Source of the DNA: Octopus sinensis
Taxonomy: Eukaryota
Direction: 5' to 3'
NCBI RefSeq assembly: GCF_006345805.1
Contig: NC_043018.1
Span: 20,460,001-20,524,000 of the forward strand
Length of the DNA: 64,000 bases
This document shows positions 39,235 through 53,396 of this stretch, piece after piece; position 1 is the first letter of the stretch, and the number at the start of each line of letters is the position of its first letter. Both the position numbers and the translations under genes were made by a program. The notes beneath the pieces are model-generated. The model did no database searches and was not told the origin of the DNA. It worked only from the letters and a program-made list of their open reading frames with translations.

Positions 39235-39592
39235 TTAATGGGGACAGCAAGTGAAAGTTAATGGGGACAGCAAGTGAAAGTTAATGGGGACAGCTACTGA
39301 AAGTTAATGGGGACAGCAAGTGAAAGTTAATGGGGACAGCTACTGAAAGTTAATGGGGACAGCAAGTGAAAGTTAATGGGGACAGCAAGTGAAAGTTAAT
39401 GGGGACAGCAAGTGAAAGTTAATGGGGACAGCCACTGAAAGTTAATGGGAACAGCCACTGAAAGTTAATGGGAACAACCACTGAAAGTTAATGGGGACAG
39501 CCACTGAAAGTTAATGGGGACAGCAACTGAAAGTTAATGAGGACAGCCACTGAAAGTTAATGGGGACAGCCACTGAAAGTTAATGGGGACAG
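39235..39592. repeat. 23-bp minisatellite TTAATGGGGACAGC(A/C/T)A(G/C)TGAAAG, about 15 copies
   Basis: Direct reading; two degenerate units resume at about 39739-39786 after a family B fragment. Confidence 0.95.
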
Positions 39593-40113
39593 TAAAAGAA
39601 TGTTCTGAGTTCACATTCTAGTGAGGTCAACTTTGTCTTTCATCCTTTTGGGGTTGATAAAATAAGTACCAGTTGAGTATTGGTGTCAATGTAATCGACG
39701 AGTTCCCTCCCCCAAAATTCCAGGCCTTGCGCTTATAATTAATGGGGACAGCAACTGTAAGTCAATGAGGATAGCAACTGAAAGTTATATCATCATCATC
39801 GTTTAACGTCCGTTTTCCATGCTAGCATGGGTTGGACAGTTCAACCGGGGTCTGGGAAGTCAGGAGGCTGCACCAGGATCCAGTCTCCAGTCTGATCTGG
39901 TGGTGTTTCTACAGATGGATGCCCTTCCTAATGCCAAACACTCTGTGAGTGTATTGGGTGATTTTTACATGCCAACTGGCACAGGGGCCAGAGGAGGCTG
40001 GCAATGGCCATGATCAGTTGGTGCTTTTTATGTGCCACCAGCACGGACGCCAGTCAAGACAGTCCTGGCATTAGCTACATTCAGATGGTGATTTTTACAT
40101 GCCACTGGCATGG

Positions 40114-40163
<50 letters not shown>

Positions 40164-40185
40164 CACAAAAACACACACACACACA

Positions 40186-40491
40186 CAGAGTAGAGCCTTG
40201 ATTTACAAACGGCTCTTATTGCAAACAAATTAGTTTATGAACAATTTTCGAACATGAAATGTCTCAGGTGATGAATAGTGTCTCAAGTAAGGAACACACA
40301 AGCCAGCAACAAAACTGGAATATCAGTGGGACAACATCAGCTGCTATCTAGCTTTCACTGAGAGCACATCCTGGCTCAAATCCATTGTACTTTTTCTTGA
40401 ATTTTTTTGTGGGAAAAATAGTTTTGATTTACAAAAATTTCAATGAATGGCTTTCAGGAATAAATTAAATTTGAAAACTGAGGTTCCACTG
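40186..40491. mobile_element. pogo/Tigger-like MITE, decayed
   Basis: Homologous to 63634-63946; right end GAGGTTCCACTG-TA. Confidence 0.7.
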
Positions 40492-41767
40492 TATACATAG
40501 ACATACATAAGTACCTTATCTGAAGGCATAAAAAGCCATATTAAACACAGCCTAATTTTACAAGTGCTTATTCGAGAAAAAGGGGGCTTAGTGCATGTAA
40601 TATAGGCCAAACTTTGCCTATAGAACTTGGGTCGGTTTTGGAAACATTTTTGGTGAGGAAAGATGTGCATCTTTATGTCTTCAGATACCATAGTTTAGTT
40701 GATTGAAAAAACTGGAATAATCATCATGCAAACTGGTGGAGATCCTTTTACAATAATAATAATAGGAAGAAAAAAAAACAGTTACTTCACTTAGTCAATT
40801 AAAGTAGAAAAGACAAAAAAAATACTTCATACCTCTTAAGATGATAAGAGAAGAAATCTGATAACGAGACGCACTAATTAGTTTTAAAAAAAAAACCCAA
40901 AAAAAACTCTTACCTGACCTTTGACTTCTGTTATACGTAATCTATAAAAGTACATATAGAGAAGTGTGAAACAAACCGTCAGTGTTGCCTTAAAGGGTTA
41001 CCAGGTCGGGAATCGTCCCAAACAGAAGTGAAATATTAAATTGGGAAACTATTAGATCAGCTCCCTGACGTGCTTTGGTTGTTTGCTATTGCTTTGCTAT
41101 CGATGACATTATTAAATAAACAGACAGACATTATGCGCAAAATGACAAGAGAATGGTATTCTGAGAGACTAAATAATGTTTATCGAAGATTTGGGAAGCA
41201 AAGTTGATAAAAGCCGTAATCTTACATAATTACATCTTGTGAAACACTGCTTCGTGTCATCGACTTCTTGTTACGTTTGTGTTTTATTGGTTTTTGTGTT
41301 TTTGCCATGATCAATAGACCATACACACACACACACACAGCATCACCATTGTCATCATCATCATCGTCGTTTAACATCTGTTTTCCATAGTGTCAAGGGT
41401 TGGACAGCTTGGGCCAAAGAACTGCACCTAGCTTTGATGTCAGCTTTGGCATGGTTTCCTAATGCTAGCCACTAGTGCTGGTGCCTGTGTGGTCAGTGGC
41501 ACCAGCACTAGTGACCAAGTATCTTGCAAAACAAAACCCCTAAACTGGTAGGGAAGAGGGAGGAAGGTGGCTATATGCAAAGTGATGAGAAAGGAACAAC
41601 CAGCTTACAGAGTGTTCTGGGTGCTTTTTACCTGGCATCAACATCAGTGAGGTAACCAAGTAACATGCAAGAAAAAGACCCTTCAACTGGGGTGGGAGCA
41701 GTATCAAGGGAGAAAGGCTTTATGCAAGGTGAGGAGAGGTAGAAACAGAAACACATTTAGGCATAAA

Positions 41768-42190
41768 GGCGACGAGCTGGCAGAAACGTTAGCATGCCGG
41801 GCAAAATGCTTAGTGGTATTTTGTCTGCCGCTACGTTCTGAGTTCAAATTCCACCGAGGTCGACTTTGCCTTTCATCCCTTCGAAGTCGATTAAATAAGT
41901 ACCAGTTACACACTGGGGTTGATATAATCGACTTAATCCGGTTGTCCCCTCTGTGGGCAGTAAAGAAATAAGAAACGTTAGCATGCTGGGTGAAATGCTT
42001 AGCGGTATTTTGCCTGCCGCTACGTTCTGAGTTCAAATTCCGCCAAGGTCAACTTTGCCTTTCATCCTTTCAGGGTCAATTAAATAAGTACCATTTATGC
42101 ACTGGGGTCGATATAGACTTAATCGGTTTTTCTGTCCTTGTTTGTCCCCTTTGTATGTAGCCCTTTGTGGGCAGTAAAGAAATAAGAAAC
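41768..42190 (+). mobile_element. Two tandem SINE family B copies
   Basis: Homology to family B. Confidence 0.88.
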
Positions 42191-42719
42191 ACATTTAGCC
42201 ATTTTACATTGGTTTCTCCATGCTAGCATGGGTTTCCACTTACCAAACCTACTCACAACATTTTGGTTGGTTGAGGGCATTAGAAGGACACTTGACCAAT
42301 GTGCTACACAGTGCAAATGAACCTGAAACTAAGTGACATCCTAGGAAAGCATCTTCTACACACACATTTATATGTGGCCAAGTTATTGGCTGGTATTGGT
42401 ATGGAAAGACAAATCAAGAACTACGAAGTGATTTTGGCCACCACTCAATTATTCAATGGAATGGTCTAATTAGAGGTTTTGTCTTCTAAGCAGGTACATT
42501 TATGAATTTAATTGTTATTTGGGGGATTAATTATAACTTTAATTTGATAAGACCCAAGGGAAAACATTGGGAAACAACGATATCAATGAATTTATATGTG
42601 GTCAAGTTATTGGCTGGTATTGATGGGGAAAGATAAACCAAGAATTAGCACGGCTTTCCTCAGTATCAATCATTAAATAGCCAACAACATAGACCAAAGG
42701 AGTACTGAGAAGGGTCAGA

Positions 42720-42960
42720 GGTCACAGAAAGTTTCTGCAGGAGAGAGAGGGCAATAGAATGGGAAGTTATTTAATATCAACTTGCAGCTGTTAGATTGTG
42801 GATTTCATGGATGTCACCTTGTCGTGTAAGGACAATATTGAAAGACCTTGGATGGAAATTAAGAAGAGTTTCCCAAAAGAAGTCGATGATTTCAAAAGCT
42901 AATAACACTAAAAGGTTTGACCGAGATAAAAAGTTCAGAAAACCACAATTAAATGGTCCA
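42720..42960 (+). pseudogene. Tc1-like transposase remnant (HTH region)
   Basis: SPCRVRTILKDLGWKLRRVSQKKSMISKANNTKRF resembles the Tc1 'S..TIRR.L...G......KKP.L...N...RL' segment. Confidence 0.5.
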
Positions 42961-43580
42961 ATAAAAGTAAATTCCACCATTTTACCATTTCAGGTGCCAC
43001 ATAAAAAAAAAACAAAAAAACACTGCTGCTGGTGTGACATAAAAAGCATGCAGAACACTCTGTAAAGTGATTGGCATGTTAGGATAGGCATCTAGCAGTA
43101 GACACCACGCAAAAACAAACAACAGTGCCTAGTGTGGCCCCGCCAGTCTTACCAGCCCCTATTAAACTGTCCAACCCATGCCAGCATGGAAAACGGATAT
43201 ACTAAATGATGACAACAATGGTGATAGATGCATGTGTGGCGCAATGAAACTGAGACACAAAATCCACATCGTTTACAAGGAGTAATTAAACACCGAAGAA
43301 TTAGAGTTATGGTAAGATGGGGGGGGGGAGAATTTGGGTAACAGGAAGACCAGAGTTCATTTTTATTGAAAGTCATTTAACTCTCTTCGTAGCAACATGC
43401 CAGACACCGATCCTGGTTCTGTGATACACATTTCCTGCTTTGAAATAATCTAAATTAAATTTGCCATCAAAGTTTCACGTTAATTTATGTTCCAAACAAC
43501 GTTTTAATGGTAACGAAGTTATTTGGCTAAATTTTCAAAATTAATTGAAACAAAGGCAACGTATTTTAAAAGTGATGTGA

Positions 43581-43908
43581 AGGGGCGTGGCTCAGTCGTT
43601 AGAGCATCAGGCTCACAATCATGAGGTAGTGAGTTCAATTCCCAGACCAAGCTATGTGTTGTGTTCTTGAGCAAGACATTCTATATCATGTTGCTCCAGT
43701 TCACTCATCAGTGGAGATGAGTTGTGATGTCACTGGTGCCAAGCCGTATCGGCCTCTGCTTTTCCCTTGGATAACATCAATGGTGCGGTCGACTGCTGGT
43801 CTTCCATAAACAACCTCGCATAGACTTGTGCCTCAGAGGGTAACTTTCTAGGTGCAATACCATGGTCATTCATGACCGAAGGGGGTCTTTAATTTACTTA
43901 CTTACTTA
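43581..43908 (+). mobile_element. SINE family F (tRNA head, GGTCATTCATGACC hairpin tail, (TTAC)n)
   Basis: A box TGGCTCAGTCGTTAG, B box GAGTTCAATTCC; related copies at 53119-53282, 62777-62970 (-) and 27349-27602. Confidence 0.8.
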
Positions 43909-44985
43909 CCATGGTAACAATAAAGTTACCTGACCCGATCATCATCATCATCGTTTAACGTCCGCCCTCCATGCTAGCATGGGTTGGACGGTTCAACTGG
44001 GGTCTGGGAAGCCAGAAGGCTGCGCCAAGCCCAGTCTGATCTGGCAGTGTTTCTACAGCTGGATGCCCTTCCTAACGCCAATGTACTGTCAAATATTTGT
44101 AAAGGGTCTACTACTCATTTTTTCCAACTTAGGAAATGATAAGATCGGTCTTTTTCAAGATAGAGCCCTATACCTAAGCAAACAAGGTATCTCAAGCTCA
44201 GAAGAGAACTCACAGAACTGAATCTCAGATACACGTTACTCTCTAACATTCATTTCCAACACTCTTTAATCTACCTCCCCCACCCTCTCTCTCTCTCTCT
44301 CTCCAGGTCACTATATTATGCTGCCCCTGTCTCTAAAGAGGCAATACATGGAACTCATTACTATCACCCTTTCTGTACTGCCTGTCATCACTCACTCTTC
44401 CCTGAACTGTGTGCTATTCATCCTTTCGGATATTAAACTTCAGCCACTTCTGCGATTAGTGTTTTGTCTTTTGCAATACAAGGCAGCCTCTGTACTGCTG
44501 GTGCCATGATAAAATGCACTCGGTACACACTGTAAATCAGTCGGTAACAATAAGGGCCACTTGCAATAGAAACCAAGCCCCAGAAGTCACATCACAAAGT
44601 GTATTGGGTGCTTTTTTATGTGGCACCAGCAGATACCTCAGCTGAGTGGTGGGGAAATAGTATCAAGGGAGGCGGCTTTGTGCCAGCTGATGAGGGGTCA
44701 GAGTATGACAGAGGGAGAGAAACAGGTGTGTTGCTGTAAAAGAAATGCATGGCTACAGCAGAGACAGTGTGTGAGCAAGATGTGATCCCCTGGCACATTG
44801 AGGAGGGTGGTAACTTCAAATAAAAACTGAGTCAAGCTATGACAACTCATCCAATCCATGCCAGCATGAGAAGGTGATATATGGTGATGAGGATGAGAAT
44901 GTGTGTAAGTGTGTACACACAAACACACACACAAACTCTCTCATAGATGCATACACACACACACATGCATACACACATCTATCTA

Positions 44986-45212
44986 CATCATCATCATCAT
45001 CATTTAACGTCCGCTTTCCATGCTAGCATGGGTTGGACGGTCCAACTGGGGTCTGGGGAGCCCGAAGGCTGCACCAGGCCAGTCAGATCTGGCAGTGTTT
45101 CTACAGCTGGATGCCCTTCCTAACGCCAACCACTCCGAGAGTGTAGTGGGTGATTTTATGTGCCACCGACACAGGTGCCAGACGAGGCTGGCAGACGGCC
45201 ACGCTCGGATGA
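44986..45212 (-). mobile_element. Family C retroposon
   Basis: Conserved body and tail. Confidence 0.88.
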
Positions 45213-45260
45213 TATATATATATATATATATATACACATGATATATATATATATATATAC

Positions 45261-45584
45261 ACGATTCCCAGACCGGGCGTTGTGAGTGTTTATTGAGTGA
45301 AAACACCTAAAGCTCCACAAGGCTCCGGCAGGGGATGGTGGTGATCCCTGCTGTACTCTTTCACCACAACTTTCTCTCACTCTTACTTCCTGTTTCTGTT
45401 GTACCTGTATTTCAAGGGGCCGGCCTTGTCACTCTCTGTGTCACGCTGAATATCCCCGAGAACTACGTTAAGGGTACACGTGTCTGTGGTGTGCTCAGCC
45501 ACTTACATGTTAATTTCACGAGCAGGCTGTTCCGTTGATCGGATCAACCGGAACCCTCGCCGTCGTAACCGACGGAGTGCTTCC
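45261..45584 (+). mobile_element. SINE family D, 5'-truncated, in (TA)n
   Basis: Homology to family D. Confidence 0.9.
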
Positions 45585-46015
45585 ATATATATATACACAC
45601 ACACATATGTATTAGGCGAAGGCACATGGCCTAGTGGTAAGGTGTATTGCACTCGTAATCATGGTGGTGGTGGTGGTGGTGATGTTGATGATGGTGGTGG
45701 TAGTCTCTTAAAATCCAAGAAAGATGATTCTGCAATTTCCAACAAAACAGCCAGCACAAATGATTTGTTTAAAGTGATCAAATACGTGTGCCATACATTA
45801 AACTCACTCTCCATTCGAATCAACATTACCTGCACAGGTGCACAGGTGTGCCATGCGTCAGATGTCAAAGTGCTTGCAAAGCAGCATGAGATTAAGAACA
45901 GAATGCATCACCCAGTTTGGGAACTGAAACCATGACCTTGCAATCGGGAGTACAACATCCTAACCACTAGGCCATATATCCTACACACACACACACACAG
46001 CTGTTTGGTTTCAAC

Positions 46016-46350
46016 CAGTGCCCCCGCAACCATTTTCCACATGCGGTACACTTATGTTCTTTGAAAAACATAAACCAAAACATAAAAATAAAAATAATTA
46101 ATATAATATATAAAATATGAAATTTGAAAATTTAAATTATTTAAATTTAAATTTAAAATTATTAATTTATATTTATAAATTTTTATTTTTATTTATTATT
46201 ATTTTTATATACATATATATATATATTTTTTATTAAATATATATAACTATCAAAAAAAGCATAAGCAAAAATAAAGGGAAAAAAATTATATTCAGGTTAC
46301 ACTGGGGCACACCTGGCATCGTCTCATGGCACACTGGTTGCAGAACACTG
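46016..46350. mobile_element. hAT-like MITE
   Basis: TIRs CAGTGCCCCCGCAACC / GGTTGCAGAACACTG around an AT-rich interior. Confidence 0.6.
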
Positions 46351-46355
46351 GTTTA

Positions 46356-46589
46356 GGGCGGCGAACTGGCACAATCGTTAGCAGGCCGGGCGAACTGCCT
46401 AGCGGAATTTCGTCTGCCGTTACGTTGTGAGTTCAAATTCCACCGAGGTCGACTTTGCCTTTCATCCTTTCGGGGTCGATAAATTAAGTATCAGTTACGC
46501 ACTGGGGTCGATGTAATCGACTTAATACCTATGTCTGTCCTTGTTTGTCCCCTCTGTGTTTAGCCCCTTGTGGGTAATAAAGAAATAGG
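46356..46589 (+). mobile_element. SINE family B, full length
   Basis: Homology to family B. Confidence 0.92.
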
Positions 46590-47236
46590 TTTACACATCC
46601 ACTTTTCAACCATGTGGTTTTAGGTTCAGTTCCACTGCACAGTGCCTCTAATATGAACCTTAATCAAACAAACCATTGAGTGTAGGTGGTCGAATAGACA
46701 GCAGCTGAAAGCTTGCCACGTGCAGGTGTGAGAGTGAGGCATTTGTTTGTGTGCATATATGTGTGTGTGTGTCTGTGTGTGTGCATGGATCTGTGTGTTC
46801 ATTTGTGATTCTGCAAAGCTCACTCCGTTATAAGCCACAATGTTTGTTGTCGTTCGCTCTGCCAAAGAATCATCTGATGGCTTTGAACTTTCAGAGGTGT
46901 GCAAAATAACTGATTTGTTTATTTGCGAAACAGTCGAAGGATAGTAAACAGGAAGGGTGTTTGGATGCAAAACACTGCTTCAGTAATATATTCAGTCCAT
47001 GCTAGCATGGAAAAACAAATATTAAAGCAAAGAAGAAAAAAAGACGTGGGAGCATACAGACGTATGCTTGTGTGTTGTTATATACATACATACGCACACA
47101 CAATGCATCATTAAATATATGCATATATATATATATACACACACACATATACACATACACAAACAAACATGCATATATAAACATATACATATATATAAAC
47201 ACACACACATACACAAACAATGCATATATAGATATA

Positions 47237-47278
<42 letters not shown>

Positions 47279-47370
47279 TATACATATATATGTACACATA
47301 CAAATAATGCATATATATATATATATATATATATACAAAAACAAACCTAACGCATAAATATATGCATACG

Positions 47371-47409
<39 letters not shown>

Positions 47410-47909
47410 TATGTGTGCATATATATACACATACAAGCATAATGCATATATGTAAATATGTGCATATATATATACATGCACACACACATATACACGCACA
47501 ATCATGTATATAAACATATGCACACACACACACGCATACATAAATATATACAAATGCATATATATATATATATATATATATACATACAAAGCTATATATC
47601 ATCATTGAACATCCGTTTTCCACAGTACTGTGTAGGACAGTTCAACAGGATTCGTCAAACCAGAGGACTGCATCAAACTCCAATGCCCGCTCTGGTGTGG
47701 TCTCCACGGTTGGGTGGTCTTCCTGATGCGAACCTCTCTACAGAGTGAGCCGGATGCTTTTATCATGGCACCCGCACTATTGAGGTCACCAAATATATTA
47801 CAAGGCAAGACCCCCATTCAGTCGAGTGTCAGTGTAGAATACATAAACACACACATACAACACGTGTACATATACACAGGTACAAACACACAGACAAAAA
47901 AACAGACGG

Positions 47910-47947
<38 letters not shown>

Positions 47948-47984
47948 GCACATACATATATATATATATATATTATATAAACAC

Positions 47985-48222
47985 ATAAGTAGGTAGATGG
48001 ATATACAGATATACAAACAGATAATTAGATATATATGATGGATGGATGGATAGAAAAATACATCAATAGTCAGATGAATAGATACAGTGAAATGGATAGA
48101 TATGACAGATAGATAGGTAGACATACAGACATATAGCTACAAAAATAAATAGATAGGTAGGTAGACATAACATATAGACATCTTGATAGACAGACAGACA
48201 GACAAACATAGATAGATGGATG

Positions 48223-48312
<90 letters not shown>

Positions 48313-48462
48313 GATAGATAGATAGATGATAGATAGATAGATAGATAGATAGATAGACAGATAGACGGATGGATGGATAGATAGATAGATGAGGAGATAA
48401 AAATAGAGAGACAGAGAGAGAGAGACACTTAGAAAGATAGACAGACAGATAACTAGAGGCAA

Positions 48463-48515
<53 letters not shown>

Positions 48516-48620
48516 GATGAGGAGATAAAAATAGAGAGAGAGAGAGACATATAGAGATAGACAGATAGATAATAATAGAGAAAGATAGATAGAGAGAGAG
48601 AACGGATAGAAAGATAGATA
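47985..48620. repeat. (GATA)n-rich microsatellite block
   Basis: Direct reading; explains the SIYL ORFs. Confidence 0.95.
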
Positions 48621-49724
48621 TGTGCTGATAAAGTGAAAGAAACAGATGTGTCTGCTAAATCGAACCCTATAAAGAAAGACAGAACCTTACCTTTTTGGTA
48701 TGAAAATATCCCTCCCAGAACTAGCGATTTTGGTCAAAGGTTAGTGCCAAAACAAACCTAAATCCTAGACAAGGTTCGATCGGAAAGACACAACGATTAC
48801 ATAAGTGTACATAAATAAATCTTGTAATTAAGAGAGAGTGGCAGGTGAGGCAATGGTGCTCCTCTTCTCTATCATAATTGCTCGCATCTCCTCCTCTTTC
48901 TCTTCAATCATTCTATTTTACTCTCTCTCTCTCTCTTTTCCTCCATTCATTTTGCTCTCATTTTACTCCCTGCCACTTACTTGCAAGTGGTTGCTCCGCC
49001 TGCTAAGAATAGCAACCAAATATTTAAGCCATACTCTCTGCAAGCTTACAAAAAGACGAGCGCACACATCTGATAATGTAGTCCTAGATATCCTCTAACT
49101 ATCATCCTCACCACACACACAAACACACACAAAGAAAGAAAGAAAAGAAGAAAATAATAAAGCTAGGATGGTTACGTTAGGAATATGCTTTACCATAGGC
49201 CTGCTCGATCAGCACTGACCTTGGGCTAAACAATAACAGCTCGGAGAATATCTATTTCTTTATTGCCCACAGGGAGGTTAAACACTGAGGGGGGACAAAC
49301 AAGGACAGACAAAGGGATTATTAAGTCGATTACATCAACCCCCAGTGTGTAACTGGTACTTAATTGAATCGACCCCCGAAAGGATAATAAAAAGACGGAG
49401 TCGACCTCGGCGGAATTTGAACACTCGGAGAATACTAATGCAGAGATGGGGAGAGGAAGGAATTAAATGGGAAAAGACGAAGAAATAAATTATTTATTTA
49501 CTAGTAAACTCTGGACATATGGGTCGGAGTTTGGTACAAGCAAGAGTAAATAAGACAGGGTGTTTATATAACCTTCCTGGGTTCCAGTCGACAATGTAGC
49601 ACAAACCAAAACCGATGGGGGATAATCATTTTAATTACTGTAATTAAAATTGGAATGAATCTTTCGTTCCGTAAGTAGTTTTACTAGGTGCAACAATCGT
49701 ATTATCTGTCTATCTATTTATATT

Positions 49725-49901
49725 ATGTGTGTGTGAGAGAGAGAGAGAGTGTGTGAGAGAAGAGTGTGTGAGAGAGAGAGTGTGTGTGTGTGAGAGAGAG
49801 TGTGTGTGTGTGTGTGAGAGAGAGAGTGTGTGTGTGTGTGTGTGTTGTGAGAGAGAGAGAGAGAGAGTGTGTGTGTGGTGAGAGGAGAGAGAGAGAGAGA
49901 G

Positions 49902-49942
<41 letters not shown>

Positions 49943-49984
49943 AAGTGTGTGTGTGAGAGAAAGAGTGTGTGTGTGAGAGAAAGA

Positions 49985-50019
<35 letters not shown>

Positions 50020-50090
50020 TGTGTGTATGTGAGACAGAGAGAGAGTGTGTGTGTGTGTGTGAGAGAGAGAGTGTGTGTGTGTGTGTGAAT
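49725..50090. repeat. Compound (GT)n/(GA)n microsatellite
   Basis: Direct reading. Confidence 0.95.
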
Positions 50091-50362
50091 CTATATACAT
50101 GTATACGTGTGTATGTATCGGTCTGCTTGTGTGCGTGTCCGTACGTACATGTATGTGTGCGAGGAGTGAACGATGTTGTGACATTCATGCCTTGCTTGAG
50201 TGGAACGGAACTGCTTTAGCCGAGAATCGAAAAAACAAACAAAACAATAACTAATAAATATCGTAACAGCATTAGTAATTAAGAATTGAAGTCTTAACTT
50301 GGTGGGACCTTGAAACGGGAAGCGTATATATGTACATGTGTATATAATAGATATATACAAAT

Positions 50363-50418
<56 letters not shown>

Positions 50419-50553
50419 GGGGACACCTTATATATATATATATAACATATATATATATATTATATATACATATATATATATACATATACACATATATATA
50501 TACATACATATATATATATATATTTATAAATATATATTAAAAGGGACACCTTA

Positions 50554-50585
<32 letters not shown>

Positions 50586-50719
50586 CATATACACATATAT
50601 ATATACATATACACACATATATATACATTACACATATATATATACATATACACATATATATATACATATATACATATATATACATATATACATATATACA
50701 TATATATACATATATAACA

Positions 50720-50758
<39 letters not shown>

Positions 50759-50835
50759 TTATTTATAAATATATGTATATATATATACATATATATATAT
50801 ATTTATTTATAAATATATATTAAGGGGACACCCTT

Positions 50836-50868
<33 letters not shown>

Positions 50869-51653
50869 GTACATATATATAATGACTTGGAGGAGTGAGT
50901 AGGTAGTGGATAGAAGCGCAGAATGGAAGAAGGCTAAACCCGCAGGAACCATACGGAAGGAGACCAGGATGGATGGTAAGAATTAATGTTACCATCTGAT
51001 ATATCTAACCATTCCTTGTACTTGGTTTGCGATTTTCAACACCAATACTTCAACCACCAAGCTTAACTGTTACAACAATTAAGCAATAATGACAATAATA
51101 ATGGTAATAATTGGCAATAATTGGCCGTGGGGGGTGAGGTTTTGTTTACTCAGGGAGGAGGAAAAAAAAAAACTTTTAAAAGGAAACGACTAACTGTTGG
51201 AATAAAGGATAGGATTATATAGCAAAGAAGGAAATTATAAAGGGGAAAATAATGGTAAAGAAAGGGGTATTAGATTTGGTAAGAGTGTATATAGTGAGGT
51301 GTGTAGAGTTGTGTATAGAACAGGGTGTTTATTGTTAAGTTTGGAGATATAAACATACATTACAGGTAAATAGGTTTAGTGAGAGAGAGAGAGGGGGGTA
51401 AGGAAAGAGTTCAGTGCATCGCGGTCATAAAGTCGGGGATTGGTTTTAGCAAGAGTTTGTATTGCAAACTGATCCCTTATTTCGTAACCAGTTGTTACAT
51501 ATATATATATATATATACTAAACTACATACAAAAAAAAAACCAGGCAAAAATATAAGTCTGGCGATTACGTCGGATATCAGCGACCGAAGATGAGGAAAT
51601 GAGGGAAACGGGAATGAAGAAAACGACGACGAACGCCTCGTAAAGTCTCTTAC

Positions 51654-51770
51654 CTTCAACCACAGACACTGGAACGTAAAATTTTCTCCAGTGGAAAAGG
51701 CCTTAGATCAATTTGCTAAGGACAAAACCAAACATAGTAACAGCCATTACTGTTATTCCATGACGTCACA
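51654..51770 (-). promoter_or_regulatory. Candidate first exon and promoter of a minus-strand transcript
   Basis: Consensus donor AAG|GTAAGAG at 51654/51653, palindromic CRE TGACGTCA at 51761-51768, locally CpG-rich unique sequence 51560-51680. Confidence 0.3.
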
Positions 51771-51950
51771 AACACTTTGGGAAGAAGACGAAAATAATGA
51801 GTTCATAGGAGTTACCTCCCTTATTTTCTCCTCGCTTTTTTTAATTTATTTATTTTTTTTTTTTCTCCTCTCTCCAACATTTCAACACCTTTCCTTGCTT
51901 TCTCCCCCCCCACTCAACGACTTCTCTTTGATTTCGTTCCCGAATTCATT

Positions 51951-52378
51951 TACTCTTTTACTCTTTTTACTTGTTTCAGTCATTTTGACTGCGGCCATGC
52001 TGGAGCACCGCCTTTTTAGTCGAGCAACTCGACCCCGGGACTTATTCTTTTTTTTGTAAGCCCAGTACTTATTCTATCGGTCTCTTTTGCCGAACCACTA
52101 AAGTGACGGGGACGTAAACACACCAGCATCGGTTGTCAAGCAATGCTAGGGGAACAAACATAGACACACAAACATATTCACACACACTTATATATATATA
52201 TATATACATATATACGACAGGCTTCTTTCAGTTTCCGTCTACCAAATCCACTCACAAAGCATTGGTCGGCCCGGGGCTATAGCAGAAGACACTTGCCCAA
52301 GATGCCACGCAGTGGGACTGAACCCGGAACCATGTGATTGGTTAGCAAGCTACTTACCAAACAGCCATTCCTGCGCCT
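51951..52378 (-). mobile_element. SINE family A, full length
   Basis: Homology to family A. Confidence 0.92.
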
Positions 52379-52570
52379 TCTTCATTTAGTCCAGCAATCG
52401 CTTTCTTGTTCTTGTCCTTGAACCATTTAAGAAAGAACAACAAAGATTTTGTAGAGTCGTTTGGGATGTCGGATACAAAAAAAAAGTAAATGTTTAATGG
52501 CATTTAGTTTTTTTGTCTATATTACGTCCCGAGTTCAAATCCTGCCAAGCAAGGCCAACTTTGGCTTTCA

Positions 52571-52729
52571 AGTGGCTGTGTGGTAAGTAGCTTGTTTACC
52601 AACCACATGGTTCCGGGTTCAGTCCCACTGCGTGGCACCTTGGGCAAGTAGTCTTCTATTATAGCCTCGGGCCGACCAAAGCCTTATGAGTGGATTTGGT
52701 AGACGGAAACTGAAAGAAGCCCATCGTAC

Positions 52730-52781
<52 letters not shown>

Positions 52782-52811
52782 TGTGTGTGTGTGTGTTTGT
52801 TTGTGTGTGTG

Positions 52812-52849
<38 letters not shown>

Positions 52850-53062
52850 ATGTTTGTGTGTCTGTGTTTGTCCCATCTAACATCGCTTGACAACCGATGC
52901 TGGTGTGTTTATGTCCCCGTCAATTAGCGGTTTGGCAAAAGAGACCGATAGAATAAGTACTAGGCTTACAAAGAATAAGTCCTGGAGGTCGAGTTGCTCG
53001 ATTAAAGGCGGTGCTCCAGCATGGCCGCAGTCAAAATGACTGAAACAAGTAAAAGGGAAAGA
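52571..53062 (+). mobile_element. SINE family A, near full length
   Basis: Homology to family A. Confidence 0.92.
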
Positions 53063-53396
53063 GAAAGAGAGTGAAGTAATAAGATAGATGTAATACCTTC
53101 CTATGAAGTATCCCAAATGGTCACATGGCTCAGTGGTTAGAGCGTCAGGATCACAATCGTAAGGTAGTGAGTTCGATCCCCGGACTAGACTTGTGCTCTT
53201 GAGTCAGACACTTTATTTTACGGAATGAGTCGAGACTTCATTGGTGTCCAGCCGTATCGGCCATTTGCCTTTCCCTTGGATAATTTTTATCAACTGTTCA
53301 ATCCGATCGCCAGTATTGGATTGTCCATGACCGTAACCCATTCTTCATCCCACACTGGTTCAGTTATTTTCTAAGCAGGTGTAAATAGATGCACAA

